DNA of 64,000 bases from an uncultured delta proteobacterium (GTDB lineage Bacteria; Desulfobacterota; WTBG01): contig CAWCBP010000008.1 in NCBI GenBank assembly GCA_963793865.1, forward strand, positions 288,001-352,000. The letters run 5' to 3'. The translations under genes were made by a program, and so were the position numbers. The notes under the pieces were generated by a model. The model made no database searches. It was not told the origin of the DNA and worked only from the letters and a program-made list of their open reading frames with translations. Positions 62,597-64,000 of this stretch are shown in pieces. Position 1 is the stretch's first letter. Each line of letters begins with the position of its first letter.

Positions 62597-64000
62597 TTAC
62601 GGATAAGGGTCGCCGAAGCAGTATATTTTCCCATTGGTGGAGGAGTAGTAGACATGTCCGTCCGCCAGGGCGGGAGAAGGAACAGAATACCAGGCCACCA
62701 CGTAGGGATCATGGCCCCTCACTATGAACTCGTTGGCCTGGGTGCTGCAGTTGTCATCCTTGCAGAACTGGTACTCCCATACCGGGACCAGGGTGTCCGG
62801 ATCCGAGACATAATCGTAGCAGAAGAGTTTCTCTCTCCCGTAGGTGTTTGAATCTATCCAGGCACGGTCATAGTCGGTGGCGGCCACATAGAGCAGGCCG
62901 TCCTGGGGAGAAATGGATATGCCGCTCGGCCCGGGCAGCCAGTAACCAGAAACCGGGTGCGGATCGAACACATTCCAGGTGGGCACTCCCAGAAATGCCT
63001 CTTTAATGATCCGGCCCGTATCCTTGTTGAGCACAAACATGCTCCCGGTGTCGGCTATGCCGATCACATACCCCCGGGATTCATCAACCGCAGGCGCTGA
63101 ACAGAGGGCGGTATGACCCTTTACATTGAAGCCGGCCCAATGGGTCCACTTCACCTGGCCGTCATCGATGTCCAGTGCCCAGAGGGCGCCGTCACCGCCG
63201 GGAGCAAAGAGGGTGTCACCTGAGATTGCCTGGGTTCCTCCCTGGGCAAGCGGAATAGTTCCATGATGCCAGAGCTCAGCCCCGGTGTCTGCATCTACCG
63301 TGGCAAACTGCCCGTAGTGGTAATCGGTGGCGGTGTCCGCCTCGATGAAAACCTTGCCGTTCTGTACCGGCGGTATGTTGGTTACCCCGCATCCCCGCGG
63401 GTTCCAGGTCCACAGGACATCACCATTATCTTCATCCAATCCGTAAAAGTACCCGTCACGACCGGCCCAGTAATGGGTAGCGTCATTGCCGATGGTGGGC
63501 CAGGGATATCCCGGCTGCCCTTCAGTCACATAGGCCCAGGGCCGGAATATGGCATAAAAGCTGGGAAGGAATGACCCGATGTAGAGCTTGCCGTTGGAAA
63601 TGGAGGGCGGAGAAAGATGCCAGGCCCACTTCTGGTTATACCAGGGTTTCCCTACGTTCGGTCCCCCCGGGTCTTTGTAGGGTGTCCTCTCCCAGATGGT
63701 CGAGCCGTCATTCATGTTAAGCGAGATGACCCGCCCGTCAAAGGTCCCGAAAATGACGCAGCCGTTGGTGCCGTAATTGGGGTCCATGGTGGGCCCGGTG
63801 ATGAACTGGTCGTAACCGGCAGGAAAAGGAAGCGGGGCGATGAGAGAAAAATCAGTGCAGTCCGGCTGGGTGGTGGTGCACTCAAAACACCAGGAAGGAC
63901 AAGTGCCGGTGGTATAGCACACCCCGGTGTTTCCCTCCAGCATGGGAATGTCATTGTAACACCAGTCGGTGGGGGCTCCGGCCGGTTCGGTGGGCGCCTG
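62597..64000 (-). CDS. Second PQQ-type beta-propeller paralogue without dockerin tail (5'-truncated by window edge)
   Basis: Near-identical to 60085-61471 (offset 2529 nt) but ends GKIYCFGDPYP*. Confidence 0.88.
   Translation of the reverse strand, partial: QAPTEPAGAPTDWCYNDIPMLEGNTGVCYTTGTCPSWCFECTTTQPDCTDFSLIAPLPFPAGYDQFITGPTMDPNYGTNGCVIFGTFDGRVISLNMNDGSTIWERTPYKDPGGPNVGKPWYNQKWAWHLSPPSISNGKLYIGSFLPSFYAIFRPWAYVTEGQPGYPWPTIGNDATHYWAGRDGYFYGLDEDNGDVLWTWNPRGCGVTNIPPVQNGKVFIEADTATDYHYGQFATVDADTGAELWHHGTIPLAQGGTQAISGDTLFAPGGDGALWALDIDDGQVKWTHWAGFNVKGHTALCSAPAVDESRGYVIGIADTGSMFVLNKDTGRIIKEAFLGVPTWNVFDPHPVSGYWLPGPSGISISPQDGLLYVAATDYDRAWIDSNTYGREKLFCYDYVSDPDTLVPVWEYQFCKDDNCSTQANEFIVRGHDPYVVAWYSVPSPALADGHVYYSSTNGKIYCFGDPYP

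Noticed and set aside
60085..64000. Diversity-generating retroelement template/variable repeat pair (also 28262/46101)
   Set aside because: Repeats are kb-long and both coding, differences are not adenine-specific, and no reverse transcriptase is present.

Overview
64 kb of bacterial DNA, probably from an anaerobic deltaproteobacterium/Desulfobacterota (inferred from gene content and repeat types). It has many 1-nt frameshifts that look like assembly indels. Left arm (1-18.9 kb): an envelope glycosylation/modification block with a polyprenol-P-sugar GT2, five GT-C-like membrane proteins, a spermidine-synthase-like membrane protein and four B12-binding radical SAM enzymes. A tyrosine (RAYT/Y1) transposase with perfect 25-bp terminal inverted repeats interrupts it. 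From 19.6 kb a c-di-GMP-I riboswitch with an overlapping terminator (ON logic) heads a roughly 45 kb cluster of about 13 secreted, mostly very Cys-rich modular proteins. They are built from two cohesin-like classes, two dockerin-like (paired EF-hand) classes, TSP3 repeats, Cys repeats and Thr-rich linkers. Payload domains include GEVED, beta-helix and PQQ-type propeller; I recognised no glycoside hydrolase. Interspersed are likely biogenesis factors: a DsbA, two TMTC-like protein O-glycosyltransferases, an STN-HEAT-cohesin protein, a TPR lipoprotein and two paralogous exported DUF1573-like proteins. Each DUF1573-like gene has an in-frame UGA in a K-P-G-U-G-C-T motif followed by the same SECIS-like hairpin, so both are probable selenoproteins. 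The best candidate for a new system is a c-di-GMP-induced, disulfide-rich, glycosylated, cellulosome-like surface scaffold with selenoprotein helpers. All domain names come from motif reading, not database searches.
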